A stretch of DNA of 64,000 bases from Novakomyces olei (taxonomy: Eukaryota), in contig JADEYG010000007.1 in the NCBI GenBank assembly GCA_016906335.1, forward strand, positions 1,612,001 through 1,676,000, given 5' to 3'. Of the stretch, positions 1 to 12,546 are shown in pieces. Under the pieces are notes generated by a model. That model saw only the letters and a list, made by a program, of their open reading frames with translations. It was not told where the DNA came from and ran no database searches. A program made the translations under genes and the position numbers. Each line of letters starts with the position of its first letter. The stretch's first letter is position 1.

Positions 1-226
1 AACCTTCTTGACTTTCATTTTTTTTAACTTTTATTTCCGACGGCATACCTCTGTCTTGAGCTGTTGCACTATGATTCGCAATATTTGTCTTGCACGGCAG
101 CAACAGTTCGAGTAGCAATAGATCTGGATGAGCATCCTATAGGCGCTCGCCATGAGTTGGTAAGCATTAGCTATCTGCTCTAAGGATTAGAACACTCGAT
201 TGTTGGAAAGGCGACTTTGTCACGAA

Positions 227-1920
227 ATGGCAAAGGGGCCATTCGGAAAGAACGGCTTTAGGCAGTATTTTACTATACAGCTGGCCGGCGCTGTTTCGCT
301 GATCGCTCTTTCTACACTCAATTATGGATTTGATAATCAAGGTATTGCGACTAGCCAAGCAATGGAGGCTTATCGCGAGCAATTTGGAGAGTTCAATCCA
401 CATACTCACAAATGGGCAATACCGACTTTCTGGACTTCTTTACTAAACAGTTTGAACTTTATCGGGTTTGCTGTAGGTAATAATAAACAAGACTTTAAAT
501 TAAAAACAAATAATTAAAGGTAATTTGAATTTTTTTTTCTAATCCAAAGGTTTATACGCTGGAAGTTTGGTGAGTGCTCGATTTGGCCGTCGCACTAGCA
601 TGTTTTGCATGTCAATTTGGGCTATGATGTCAGCGTCTGTTCTTGTTTCATCGGAAACGATCGGCCAGGTACTAGCTGGACGTATCCTTAATTATGCATA
701 TATCGGTATGGAACTTTCGACGTGTCCTGTTTTTCAGGCAGAGATAGTGCCTGCTCCTGTCCGTGGGTTTGCTGTGGGCACGTACCAAGTCAGTTTACTT
801 GTTGGCGGTATTATCATAAATAGTATTTGCAGGGGAACGAGCACTATGAGCTCAAATGCTGCTTGGAGAATACCACAAGGTCTTTTTTTTATTGTGCCTA
901 GTATTGTGGCCTTCTTTGTATGGTTCCTTCCAGAATCACCTCGCTGGCTACTAGTACAAGGCCGTGATGAGGATGCATTAAACGCTTTGAAAAGATTTCG
1001 CAAATGCGATACTTATTCAGATTATGATGCGAATTTGGAACTTGAAGAAATCAAAAAGTCTTTGGGTGAGGAGCAAAGTAAGGGTACGTATATTGAATTA
1101 TTTAAAGGAACAAATCTGAAGCGGACTTTAATTGCCATGGGAATGAATTTTTTCATTCAGGGAACGGGATCACCTTTTACTGCTGCTTATGGAACACTTT
1201 TTGTACAAAGTTTAAATTCCGTTAATCCCTTCAACTATTCGATTATGAGTTCTTGTGTCAATACTATCACGTGTTTATGCTCGATTTTGGTTGTAGATAG
1301 ATTTGGGAGGAGGCCTATTTTGATGTTTGGTGCTCTTCTGCAAGCTTCCTGGTTGTTTATTATGGGAGCCATTGGTACTGTGCATTCTCCCACTGCGGCT
1401 CAGACCCAGGCTATTGTTGCCGCAACTGCTTTGTCTTCTGCAACAATGTGTTTTGGTTGGGACCCGCTGACTTATATCGTCACTACTGAGGTTCCGGCTT
1501 TGAGGCTACGCGACAAAACTCAGCGTGTGGCTTCGATTGTGAATATTGCTACAAAGTAAAGTCTTTTCATTTATTTCTATTTGTGTTATCGTTAATTGGC
1601 AAAGGACTTGAGCTAACCCGCTTTTTGCTTTTAGTTTTGTATTCTCCTTTTTCACTCCATATCTACTTAATGATCCATATGCCCATCTTGAATCAAAAGT
1701 GGGTTTCATTTTTGGGAGCATTGCAGTATTAGGGCTCGGCTTTGCTTTTTTCTGCGTACCAGAGACTAAAGGGTTATCGTTGGAAGACATTCAAGTTCTG
1801 TTTCAGAACAGAATTCCCCTCAAGCATTTTCAAAGTGAAAAAGGTAGAAAGTGTCTGGAGGAGCATAACGAAACGCATGCGCTTCAGTCAGATTCCGTGT
1901 CTTTTCCGACTAAATTGTGA
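227..1920 (+). CDS. MFS sugar porter (maltose/hexose permease-like), 3 exons (approx. 227-476, 550-1555, 1634-1920)
   Basis: Motifs NYGFD, ARFGRR, AEIVPAPVRG, PESPRWL, VDRFGRR, EVPALRLR and VPETKG. GT-AG introns join ORFs 200-517, 567-1559 and 1699-1920 in frame. Confidence 0.93.
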
Positions 1921-3037
1921 AGCACAAAAGCTTCTATAGAGTATGATTTATCAAATTATGTATTATTCGAGCATTACTCATTATTTTATAATTTTGTTTT
2001 CAATGAGTATGAATTGAAGTCTAAGATAGATAAATAAAAAGTCTAGTATTTTAATTTGTTAAATACTACAGACAATTTCGTATTCTGCGGTCGCTTTGTT
2101 CGGCATTCGTAGTTTTAGTTTTATAGGCCTTGCAAATCGATAGGCCGGCCCAATGCCTAGGAAGAATTCGAAAAAGTATCAATTCAGAGATTGCTTTTGA
2201 CCTCCAATTTAAGAAAAGAAATTGGGCCTACTATAGAGTCGAGGCTAGTTACAGCTTTATTATCAAGCTGTGCCTTCATACTTTGAAAAATGCTTTAAAG
2301 TGATAAATGTCTACGGTATCCGCTAAGTGTGGCAGATCATTTCTGTTTAATGTGCAATTTTTATTATTTAGACTCGGAAGCAATGGAGCAGGTATAAAAT
2401 GAAAATTTTTTGCTGTTGTTGTTGTTGCTATTGTTGCTCTCGAATGACGCAGCGTATTTAGCCGTATGTCAAAAGCAGCAAAACTGTCTTTAAGCAGATG
2501 AAATTTTTCTCAGCTCTCTGCATCTTGCGTCCATATTACGTCCATGTTGTGTAAACTTCCTATTTCTCTCAACTATTTGGTGATAGCGTGTCTCATCTAT
2601 AGCCACGAAAGTTGTGAACTCCGCCAAAAGAATTAGCTCCTAACAAACTCGCTGTTCAGCAAAGCCCACTCTGCTGTTAATTCATGCCAAAAAATCATTA
2701 ATCTAAAGAACAGCCTGTATTTTGTTGACAACCTTGCATGATCGCTTTTGACCAGAAATGGGTGACAAACCTAGAATGTACCGCCGGCAATTCGTGGTGC
2801 TGAATGAGCGGATTTGCCTTCCACGAATCAATAGCACGATAATTTATGGTTTTTTTTATGTCATATTGAGTAATTCAATCCCCATTATTTAGCGATTCGT
2901 GATGTCGCTTTGAATACACTCATCCCACGTTTGAAGGAGATATGCATTTCTGTTTACGGTAGTCATGATTCATGTAGTAGGTGCAAGGTTATAAATGTGG
3001 TTCAAGTACTGAGCCAATTCCGCTCTGGATATTGGTA

Positions 3038-4177
3038 ATGCCGTCTTCTATCGCCAATGATGTACCATTACCTGTGTATTATATTGGTCATGCAGGTGTA
3101 AGTTTACTTTTTGGAGCATTAAAGTCAACGGCCGATGTTCGTAAAGGCTTGAGAGAAATCGGCAAAGAAATCCAGCAACTTTTACCTAAGCCAAAAGCTA
3201 TTTTAACTTTTAGCGGCCATTTCGAAGCTGGCAAAATACACGGCCCTGGTGTTATTGAAGGTACTTGATACAATAAGCTTTCTGGCAAGATCTCTAATAT
3301 CTTTCTAGTCAACGTCAAGCGTAATACATATATTCAGGTAAAATCTTCCCTTACCTGGCTATAAGCGAAAGATCAATAGGATCTAGACTGATTTGAACAG
3401 CACGATTTCGTCAATGATTTTCATGATACACAACCTTCGGTTTATGACTACAAATGGCCACATCACGATTCTCCTGTTTTAGCTTATGATGTCTGGAAGC
3501 ATCTTGTGCGAGCCAATATTAAAGCAAAACGTGTCGAAAGGGGCGTAGATCATGGTATTTGGGTTCCATTCAAAGTCATGTTTCCTGAAGACGATGCACT
3601 TGATATACCGATTGTCCAAGTATCGACGTTCCATGGATATGACCTCGGGGACCAGATCCGTCTTGGCAAGGCGATCCAATCTTTGCGGTAAGATATGATA
3701 AATCTTTTGTCTTTTTTATATTCATTGCTGACAAAACACAAGTCGAGAAGGATATCTCATTATTGCCTCTGGAATGGCTGTGCATTCTTTTGCTTCTATC
3801 AATAAAATTAGGAAGGCATCCGAAAAGGATAAAGAGGCAGTTCAAAAAACTGTTCTCCAAGAGTCTATCGCATTTGATTCTGCAATCCGTGACGCTCTGA
3901 AAGCCACGGACGCGAAATCTCGATGGCAATCTTTTTTAGACTTGGAATCATTGCCTGAATTCCGGAAGTCTCATCCAACAATTGAGGTATGAAGCCTTTC
4001 AATGCGAGCAATTCGATCAATTTTGTTTATAGAAATGATTTTGTCTAACATGTTTGGTCATAGCATTTTACGCCCCTTCTAGTTGCGGCTGGAGCTGCCG
4101 GCAGTGGGACAGCAACTCCTCTCGGGAAAAATATCGTAGAGCCAGGCATGTCGTACCTAAATGTTAGATTTAATTAG
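3038..4177 (+). CDS. LigB/DODA-type extradiol ring-cleavage dioxygenase (5 exons, including a 29-nt micro-exon at 3309-3337)
   Basis: Metal and catalytic His motifs YIGHAG, SGHFE, RGVDHGIWVP, IPIVQVS, SGMAVH and SHPTIE|HFTPLLVAAGAA, reconstructed across introns. Confidence 0.9.
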
Positions 4178-4792
4178 TTAATATCATATATGCTCTTTCA
4201 AAATTAAATTAAAAAATAGTGCTCAACTGCACTCAATTATATCCAGATTTTTTTGTTTCTCTTTTTGTTTCATCATACTCGGTATTGTCATTACGGATGA
4301 CTTTCTTTTTTGTCTTCTATTCATTCAATAATCATTATCTTTACGTTTAGTCCATATCGTCAACGCGAATGTACTTGTGTAAATCACTGCAAATGACGAT
4401 CTCTGCACCCAATCAGGGCACATGTAGATTAATCGCATTTTTAATTCATACGCAATTCTACGAATCGCGTGGGATTGCCAAAATAGTAATAAACTAAGTC
4501 GATGTCGCGTCTTTCACAAGCGAAAGCCAATCAATGCATTGCAGACTCGTAAACCGGATAAGATAGATGCAATTTGTCGGCAATTAGTAAAGTGGTCTGC
4601 CATGCTTAACCCTTTTCCTAAAGTTAGGATAACTCAGACGCGGATATATCGTAGAAAGTGGGCGTGTGTGGCGTGCTTCTGAACAACAGATGCTTCTTGT
4701 CAGCTGAATATAAATTAGAGTTTGAAAGACAGATGAGCATTGAACAAAATAGGTTTAATTGTGATATTGAATTTCAATTCATTTCCTCGATA

Positions 4793-6978
4793 ATGAGTTC
4801 AACAAGCTCAGCTGATGTTGCTGCTGCTGCTGCTGCTAAAAATATTCAACAAGTGCAAGTACTGAGGTACGAGAAAAGTGACCAGCCGGCGCAGTCTTCA
4901 GTCGTATCAGACGAAACAAGTTACTCGACCGATGGTACTTTTCAGCAGTTTATTGAAAAAAATGGCAAGAATATTCTTGTAACATGGACAAAAAATGAAG
5001 AAGCGCGAGCTGTGCGCAAAGCCGACTTTTTGCTTCTACCATTATTTGTCGTACGTCTATAGCTTCGTAACGTTTAATTCGTTTTGTGCCGTTTAAAAGC
5101 GTTGTTTGGAAATTTTTTGTCTCTTATCACAAGATGCGCAATATTCGCTACAGCATACTTTAAAGCAAAAAGTCCTAAACTAACCACATCTAGCTCATGT
5201 TTACATGGATGGCCATAGACCGTACAAACGTCTCGGGTGTGCTGACGTCCTCATTTCTTGAAGACACAAAAATGACTCGTGATCAAGCAAATACGGGTGT
5301 TTCCCTGTTGTGGCTCGGAATTGTTTTGCTTGAAATACCTTCAAATGCAAGTCATTGACATTGGCTTTTATTAATTGTGCATAGATTGTTTTGCATCGCG
5401 TTGGTGCTAGTTCTTGGATACCCTTTCAAGTGATGGTGTGGGGAGTTATCGAAGTCTTGCAAATATTTATTAAAAGCTCCAGTGGCTGGTACGCTGCTCG
5501 AATCTTTCTAGGTAAAATAATTTATTTTGTCAATCATCACGTTCCTTGCTTCCTCTTCTTCTCTTCCCCACACCTTTCATGAATTATTTTTCTCTTCATC
5601 CCTTCACCGCCGTTATAATCAATTACTAACATTGTCAGGCATCGCTGAATCAGGGTTTATTCCCGGAGGACTCTACATGTTATCTCAATGGTATACTCAG
5701 GATGAAATAGGTGATTAGACGCCATTAATGAGTAAAGTTTCACTGACCTTCGTTAAGCAAGACGAACAACAATCTTCTTCTTTGGCACAAGTATTTCGGG
5801 TGCCTTTGGATCATTGATCTCTGTGGGCGCGTTAAGTATTCATTCAGACGTTTTTAAGGGCTGGCAATGGTATCAAATAAATAGTCCATTTATCAGTGTT
5901 AATAGTGAATTAGGATATTTCTCATCTGTGGCGTGTCGACTATTGGTAAGGATCGTCATACAGGACCAAGTTTGCTAACATCACTTTAGCCACAGGATTC
6001 ATTGCCTTTATCTTACTGCCCAAATCACCACACGAGACTGACAGATGGTTTGGCGGATTCGTGCGTGGTCCACGATTTTTAAGCGAACGCGAGGCCGACG
6101 TGTTTTTAGCCCGACTTATTCGACGTGACACTCACAAGGGAAATGCTGGAACTCTCCGCATCACGTTTAAAGATATGTGAGTTGCGAACATATTGTAATT
6201 ATTATTTATGTAGATTGTTTATTGATAAAATAAAATCATTTATGGTAATAATTTACATTTTTAATTATAATTAAAAGATAAGGGGTACAGAGGGCTAACA
6301 AATACAGTTGGAGCGTGTCGATGGTATACATGGCTCTATCTTATCGCTTGTTTGAGCGGTCTTCAGTCAGTCAATGGCTTGTCCACTTGGGGCGCAGTTA
6401 TTATTCAATCTTTAGGATTTGACAGAATTCGCGCCAATCTTTTAAACGCGCCAGCTCCGATTCTTAGCTCACTGTTAGGTCTTGCACTTTCAGCTGTCGT
6501 GGACAAGACAAAACGTTTTGGTTATTGTATTATGTTTTCGGCCGTTTGGGCAATGGCCGGACTGATTGCTTTGTATCATTTGCCAGTTACGAATGAGGCA
6601 TCTTGGTCGTTTTACGCAGCTTATCTAGTAACTGTAGCATCACCAGGCTGGCAGCCAATCAATGTTACCTGGCTATCCCTAAACTTTCAGACGCCACAGG
6701 AAAGAGCTATTGCTTATGCTGTTTATATTGGCTGCTCTAACCTTGGGGGCACGTATGGAAATCAGGTGTTTAGGGGCAATGATGCTCCCCTTTATCGCCG
6801 AGCCTGGGCAGCCTGTCTTTCCTTGGGGGCCGTCTGGCTTTTTACTATTCTTGTTCAGACGTTTCTACTAAAACTAGCCAATAGGAAATATCAGAAAAGG
6901 GTGAGGGATAATCCAGAATTGGAAGAAAAACAATTATATGAGGATAAAAAGGGCAGAAAGTACAGGTTTTATTGGTAG
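4793..6978 (+). CDS. MFS transporter, Dal5/allantoate-nicotinate permease (ACS) family, 8 exons
   Basis: EEARAVRKADFLLLP, IDRTNVS, EIPSNIVLHRVG, GIAESGFIPG, GWQWIFL and DAPLYRRA motifs. Seven introns read in frame (5051-5193, 5347-5384, 5512-5638, 5711-5757, 5870-5913, 5946-5988, 6177-6307). Confidence 0.9.
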
Positions 6979-7455
6979 TTGCGGCGAGGATAGCTCTTGA
7001 CGTGGGATTAAACAAGTGTACAGAACAGTTGGAAAATAGCAGAAGAAAATAGACCAAATTAACGAAAACAACATTGAAGTGCTATTGGTATGTTTCCGCT
7101 GTCATTCTCCTTATTTGGCGGTTTCTAATTTGTAAATCAAATTCATCACGTTAGTTAATATCCAGATATTAGGCTTCCACAATCACCTCCATTTGTAAAA
7201 TGTATTCGTAGCAAAACTAAACCAAACCAAGGCGGTGTGACACAGTATCAGTTGCTAGGTACAGCATATTTTCAAAGCAAACGCACTTAAAAAGCTGTAT
7301 TAACTGGAAAGCGGATCTGCAGCAAAATTGTAAAAGGAGCATACTGTGAGCGTATCGTCTGTGCTCTTATAGTATTGACTGTAAGAATATTGCTTGTAGA
7401 GCCTAACAACTTGCTACTTATGACAGCGACCTATTTCGCTTCGCCAATTTTGTTG

Positions 7456-7860
7456 TCAGTCCATTGGCTCTTTGTCCCAACGCTCGACTCCCTCTGGTAT
7501 ATCTACTACAGCTTCACTGCACCAGATATGTATTGCCCCCGACATGAATTCCTTGGACAAATCGTTCAGACAGCCCGCCCTTACATACATCGTATCGCTG
7601 CCCTCGTATTTGTGAACAAGTCTTGATCCACAAGCCCGACAAAACGGGCCTCGAAGCAGTCTGCCGCTCCGTGTTGTCCTCTCGTAGACTCCAATATCAT
7701 CAGGAGACGCATCTATATCAAAGCTCGGGAACAATACAGAACTGCCAAATAACGACGAAGACTGATGCCGGCATTCTGTGCAGTGGCAGATATAAACCTT
7801 TATAGGCTGTTGTGAAGGCGTTTTAAATTTGATCTTTCCACATTGGCATTGTGCGTCCAT
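7456..7860 (-). CDS. GFA/CENP-V (glutathione-dependent formaldehyde-activating) family protein
   Basis: CQCG..., CHCTECR and FCRACGS zinc ligands; HIW motif. Confidence 0.9.
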   Translation of the reverse strand: MDAQCQCGKIKFKTPSQQPIKVYICHCTECRHQSSSLFGSSVLFPSFDIDASPDDIGVYERTTRSGRLLRGPFCRACGSRLVHKYEGSDTMYVRAGCLNDLSKEFMSGAIHIWCSEAVVDIPEGVERWDKEPMD

Positions 7861-8172
7861 ATCGAAGATTAGGCGCGGATGCTTTATCCAATCTTCCTGC
7901 TCTACAGCGCTTATCTATAATAATAAATGAATAATATTCTGAGCTCTGTGGTCTAGGTTGCCGTATATTAAAACCCCTCAGTCCTGAGGGCGCCTAACAA
8001 AGTCGACGGGCCCCGTCCGCCTAATTCAGTCCTTGCCGGTGTCAATACAATTGACGGACGGTAGTGTACCGCATACGCTATAGATCTAAATCTAACTTTT
8101 ACGCCGTTGAGTATAGTCGTCAGTGAGGCCTGTTTGTGGGTATCATTGCAATAATAGGCTTTTAAACCCAAA

Positions 8173-8493
8173 CTACCGCTCTGTGTTCGGTTCAACCAGG
8201 CTCGCGTTTAACAAGTACTCGATTTTTCCGTCCGGTAAAAATTCCCCCTTGATATAGTATCCAAGCGGTCCACGGTCGCAATCGGCACAGGTCAAAAAGC
8301 ATACGTTTTCTGCAGTGGCTCGAGAAAAGCCGACGTTGTCAAATTCAAAAGGATCACGAAATACATAGTAAAGTGCCGTTTCGCTGCCCGAAGTAGTACG
8401 GTTCACGCGTTCAACCGGTGGCCCGTTGTCCACATACGCCAGCCGGCATTCGCAATTTTCAAAAGGACAAAATACAGGTTTTTTTGCGTCCAT
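8173..8493 (-). CDS. DSS4: Mss4/Dss4 (RABIF) Rab chaperone/guanine nucleotide release factor
   Basis: CPFENC ... DPFEFDNVGFSR ... LTCADCDRGPLG, the Mss4 family signature. Confidence 0.88.
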   Translation of the reverse strand: MDAKKPVFCPFENCECRLAYVDNGPPVERVNRTTSGSETALYYVFRDPFEFDNVGFSRATAENVCFLTCADCDRGPLGYYIKGEFLPDGKIEYLLNASLVEPNTER

Positions 8494-8923
8494 TTTACGG
8501 TGTGTTGCTTTACTGATGCGCTTTACAGCATTGCCGTCTATTGGCTAATTGCGTCATGTGACATGTGACAAGGCAGCGAACAAAATAAATTTATTTACTT
8601 TATTTCCAGGTAATCACAAGACGTATCTATTACTCAGGCGCATTATACGTTCAAAGTTAAGTCGCTCCAATTCCGAGTTGTACTGCCAAACCATTATTCA
8701 TTCACATACCTCTCTCGCATGAAGCTTTTCAATATTTAATGCTTGTTACACACACAGCGCTTGCTCGTCTACTCGCATTATTGTATTACTTGTATATCCT
8801 CTTGTCGCTTTTCGTCTACCATTACTTTAATGTTATACACATCATTCCAGCGGTGCAACAAGCATTTCGTCATCTTTTGTACTGTGAAAAAGATATTACT
8901 TCTATTTTTGAGTATATAGATTA

Positions 8924-9013
8924 ACGCGTAAGATCACGTGCACGCGAGATATTTCCATGCGCGTAGAACGCGCGGTCCGGAAAGGGAAGTGGTAAAAAAC
9001 GCGTTTGACGCGC
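8924..9013. promoter_or_regulatory. Cluster of MCB-like (ACGCGT/ACGCG) elements upstream of the forkhead gene
   Basis: ACGCGT at 8924 and 8999, ACGCGA at 8942, and further CGCG cores, all within about 90 bp. Confidence 0.55.
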
Positions 9014-9459
9014 AAGGATCGAGGCGATCGAGTCTGCGGAATAAAACTCACACAGAACGGCAGTTCCTTTTGCAAGCGCCTATTCTCTCTTTTACCCGTG
9101 TTCACCTATTGGTTCATACATCTACCTTGATCCTTTCCGCCTTTGGCCGCTGCCTCGGCCACGCACGGGGCATCTCAGAAAATTTGCTCCGCCCCTCCTT
9201 TGCTTTCCTTTTCATTAGACTCTAGTTTGAAAAGGATCTAAACTAAGATCAAGACCGAAACAAGACCTGCTCTTGCCCTCCATTTCGGTACTCTCAAAAC
9301 ACGGTCGTTGGCATTCGCGTGCCTCCGCCCTCGACCGTGTACTGTGTACCATCTTGCTGCTCTTGAATGAGGCTTATTCTCTTCACTAATTGACGTTACA
9401 CTTGTTGACGCTTAACCTTCAGAGCCCATTTCCTCGACAAAGATCTGATTATCCACATA

Positions 9460-11931
9460 ATGTCTACACAGCTACGGAAATCGCTTCTGTCTGATCAGGT
9501 CTACGGCGGGCCCGGAGCCATTTCACGCTCTGGTGTTTCTCTGCCTCCTCCCAATTCTGTCTCTACGCCCTCACCTATCAAAGGCCCGTATGATATCAAG
9601 TCTGGTCCGCAGGAACGTAAAGGAAGACTTGATCATCCTGCTTACTCTTTCTCCTCGCCGTTGGCCAAATCAGAGGCACACACTTTGCAACATCAACGCT
9701 CTTCGCTTTCAAATGTTCAAAGGGCAGCTGGTGGTATTGCCATTACTGGCTCGTCAGCCTCGGTATCCCTTCGGCCGCGTTCGGCTCCGCCGGCTCGACA
9801 GTTTTCTCCGCTCAAAGGACTTGCTATGGAAAATCCAGATGGCAGTCATCTTCCTCTGGACGACGACCAGCTGCTAGCACAAAAGCGCCAAGATCTGTCT
9901 TCAACTCATGCTCGCCGATTAGATCGGCAAAACTTTACTGGCGGCAGCAATAGCAATAAGAACAGCAACAATAGCGGATTTGGCAGAAACCTATCAAACC
10001 CTTATCCAACAAAACCAGACGTATCAAATATCAAACTAATCACTACGCCAAACAGCAAACAATTTGTGTGTTTGGAGAAGGAGAACCATTTGCCCCCAAC
10101 GCCGTTGACTAGCAATAATAACGTGTACAGCAATCCTGCTGACCATAATGGCATGTCTCTTATTTATTACGATTCAGCTCCAGATGGCAGTGAATATTAC
10201 GCGTCTCAGTCTTCACCGCCACTGCATCTTCATTCCCCGCTGGTTCATACATCGATTGATCCAGCGGGCATTTATCCGGAGCCCAGAGTGAGATCAGATT
10301 TCGAAGAAGATGATTCAAGTTTCCCGGATTACCTGCCAGAGCCGGAGGATATGCCGGAAATAATTGACGATGGTGGTAAACCGCATTATAGTTATGCGAC
10401 TCTGATTGGGATGTCTATTCTTCGAGCACCTCAGCGAAGGTTAACGTTGTCTGCAATTTACCAGTGGATTTCTGATACGTTCCTGTTCTATCGGAACAGC
10501 GATTCCGGTTGGCAAAATTCGATTCGTCACAATCTCAGTCTCAACAAGGCCTTTGTTAAACAAGAAAGGCCTAAAGACCAGCCAGGAAAAGGCAATTACT
10601 GGATGATTTCGGCGGGACAGGAAATGCAGTTTGTTCGTGTAAGGCAGCGCAAAATTGCTGCTGGTTCCGGGTCGTCTCCTGCTCTCAATACTGTAAGAGG
10701 CTTTGATAGTCATCATTCGCCTTTGCCACACAACGTTGCTTATGCCTCGTCTATGAATGCAGCCGCAAATATTCGTACTAGGTTTGCCTATGATTCAGGA
10801 CCGAATCCTGTGTTACATCGAAGCCATTCAGCCGGAGATGATGAGATTATACAAACTGCTGCCGGCAGCAATAAACGCTCACACTCTCGTTCGTCTGTCG
10901 CTTCTTATGGAAACAATAGACCCGCTAAAACGCCTAAAACATGTTTGCCGGTAATTTCAAGGGAAACAACGCCTCCGCCCTCACAGATCCGATTTGCTGG
11001 TACACCAGAACGTGAAGAGTATGATGTTGGTGGCAATAAAATTCAAAGACAGCCTTATGTTTCGACTCCTTCATCAGCAACAAGAGCTTATCCCGGACAA
11101 GATGCAGATGGTCCCAGTCTTTTAAATGGAGAACAGCAACAAAATACCTTTTTCGCAAACGATCCCGTCTCGCCCCCTCCGTCGTCAAGTCCTTATCATG
11201 GCTCTTCTGGTTTTGAGGTTGCTATTGATAATAAAGCAGCCACTGCCCGATCAAAGGCAAGTGCTGCAAAGGCCCTGCAAAGGTTTCCAGAAACACCGAA
11301 ACCGAAACCGATACTTTCAAGGTCAATTTCCATGATTGAGCCGGGAACATCTACGTCAAAGAGCCCAGGGACTGCTTTGCGAGAGCACAGAAACAGAGTT
11401 CTAAGGTTCCTCAGTGCTCCCGATGACGAAGAGGCCCAATCTGCCTTTGAAGATGATCCGTGGGAAGTTTTCACCGCAAGATCTGCGACTGGTGCTAGTG
11501 GAAATGCTGCTACTGATGACTCGTTAACAAACTGTCAAGAGCAGAATTCTGCCTGGGAGGAAGAAGTGATTGCTCGCGCCTGCTTTGGAAGCCCCGACAA
11601 ACGAGCTGTTCGTCGTTTAGAACAAAGGAGGAGTCTTGTTAGTGGATCCCACGCTGCTGAATTGTACGAGCTGGGAACAAATGGAGGTGTAACAAATGTT
11701 TTTGGTGTGGATATTTACGGCGTCGTTGCCAGGGAAGTTCAACGTATTCGGTCTCAAAGGAATCGCACTACAGATGATATTGCTGTCGGCAGTACAGGGT
11801 CAGAGGAATTATTAAACTCAGGAAATTCTGGGTCTTCATCTTCATTCATAGCCTCATCACTATCGCCTGTTAGAAAACGAAAGGATTCGCTTGCCATTGA
11901 TTTGGAACGGAGTATTAGCAGTATTTTTTAG
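9460..11931 (+). CDS. Forkhead transcription factor, Sep1/Hcm1 type
   Basis: KPHYSYATLIGMSILRAPQRRLTLSAIYQWI...GWQNSIRHNLSLNKAFVKQERPKDQPGKGNYW; no FHA domain; many S/T-P sites and a KEN box. Confidence 0.92.
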   Translation: MSTQLRKSLLSDQVYGGPGAISRSGVSLPPPNSVSTPSPIKGPYDIKSGPQERKGRLDHPAYSFSSPLAKSEAHTLQHQRSSLSNVQRAAGGIAITGSSASVSLRPRSAPPARQFSPLKGLAMENPDGSHLPLDDDQLLAQKRQDLSSTHARRLDRQNFTGGSNSNKNSNNSGFGRNLSNPYPTKPDVSNIKLITTPNSKQFVCLEKENHLPPTPLTSNNNVYSNPADHNGMSLIYYDSAPDGSEYYASQSSPPLHLHSPLVHTSIDPAGIYPEPRVRSDFEEDDSSFPDYLPEPEDMPEIIDDGGKPHYSYATLIGMSILRAPQRRLTLSAIYQWISDTFLFYRNSDSGWQNSIRHNLSLNKAFVKQERPKDQPGKGNYWMISAGQEMQFVRVRQRKIAAGSGSSPALNTVRGFDSHHSPLPHNVAYASSMNAAANIRTRFAYDSGPNPVLHRSHSAGDDEIIQTAAGSNKRSHSRSSVASYGNNRPAKTPKTCLPVISRETTPPPSQIRFAGTPEREEYDVGGNKIQRQPYVSTPSSATRAYPGQDADGPSLLNGEQQQNTFFANDPVSPPPSSSPYHGSSGFEVAIDNKAATARSKASAAKALQRFPETPKPKPILSRSISMIEPGTSTSKSPGTALREHRNRVLRFLSAPDDEEAQSAFEDDPWEVFTARSATGASGNAATDDSLTNCQEQNSAWEEEVIARACFGSPDKRAVRRLEQRRSLVSGSHAAELYELGTNGGVTNVFGVDIYGVVAREVQRIRSQRNRTTDDIAVGSTGSEELLNSGNSGSSSSFIASSLSPVRKRKDSLAIDLERSISSIF

Positions 11932-12546
11932 ATTAGTGATTGGAGGCAAACATTTGTTTAATATGTCCTCTTCATACATGCTTTTCTATTGTCCTTCTTC
12001 TCTTTATTATTATTGGTTTTTCTCGGTTCCTTTTTATTGGCATAAGCATATTTTGTTTTCTAGCAAACGAACGGATTGCGATGTGATATGATAGTTATGA
12101 ATTGTGATTGATGACAGCTGTCGTAAGGAGTTTACGACAAGAAGGGTTGGGATACGTGTTATAAGGGTTATGAGGATGCAGGTTTGTATATACGGCAATT
12201 AATAGTTGGAGGGTCGTCTAATTTTGTTTAAGGTGTACAATAGGAGTTGTCTAAACGTTGTCTGGCTGATAGGAACAACGAGGCAACTGGGCTGCTTTAA
12301 TAATTATTTAATGCTAGTTTTGCTTTAATTGAGAATACTTTCAACGTCAGTCAAAATTTCATGTAGAAAATTGTAAAACCTTGGTTTCAACCCCATTTGC
12401 TTATTTAATAAATTATTTATTTGTTTATATTCAACAGTAAACCTTACTCATAGCCATAAACAAAAAAAACGAAAATAAATTGCTGCGATAGAGACGGAAT
12501 AGTTTAGCAATCAAGCGATAGCAGAAAATAGAATGCAAGTGCAAGA

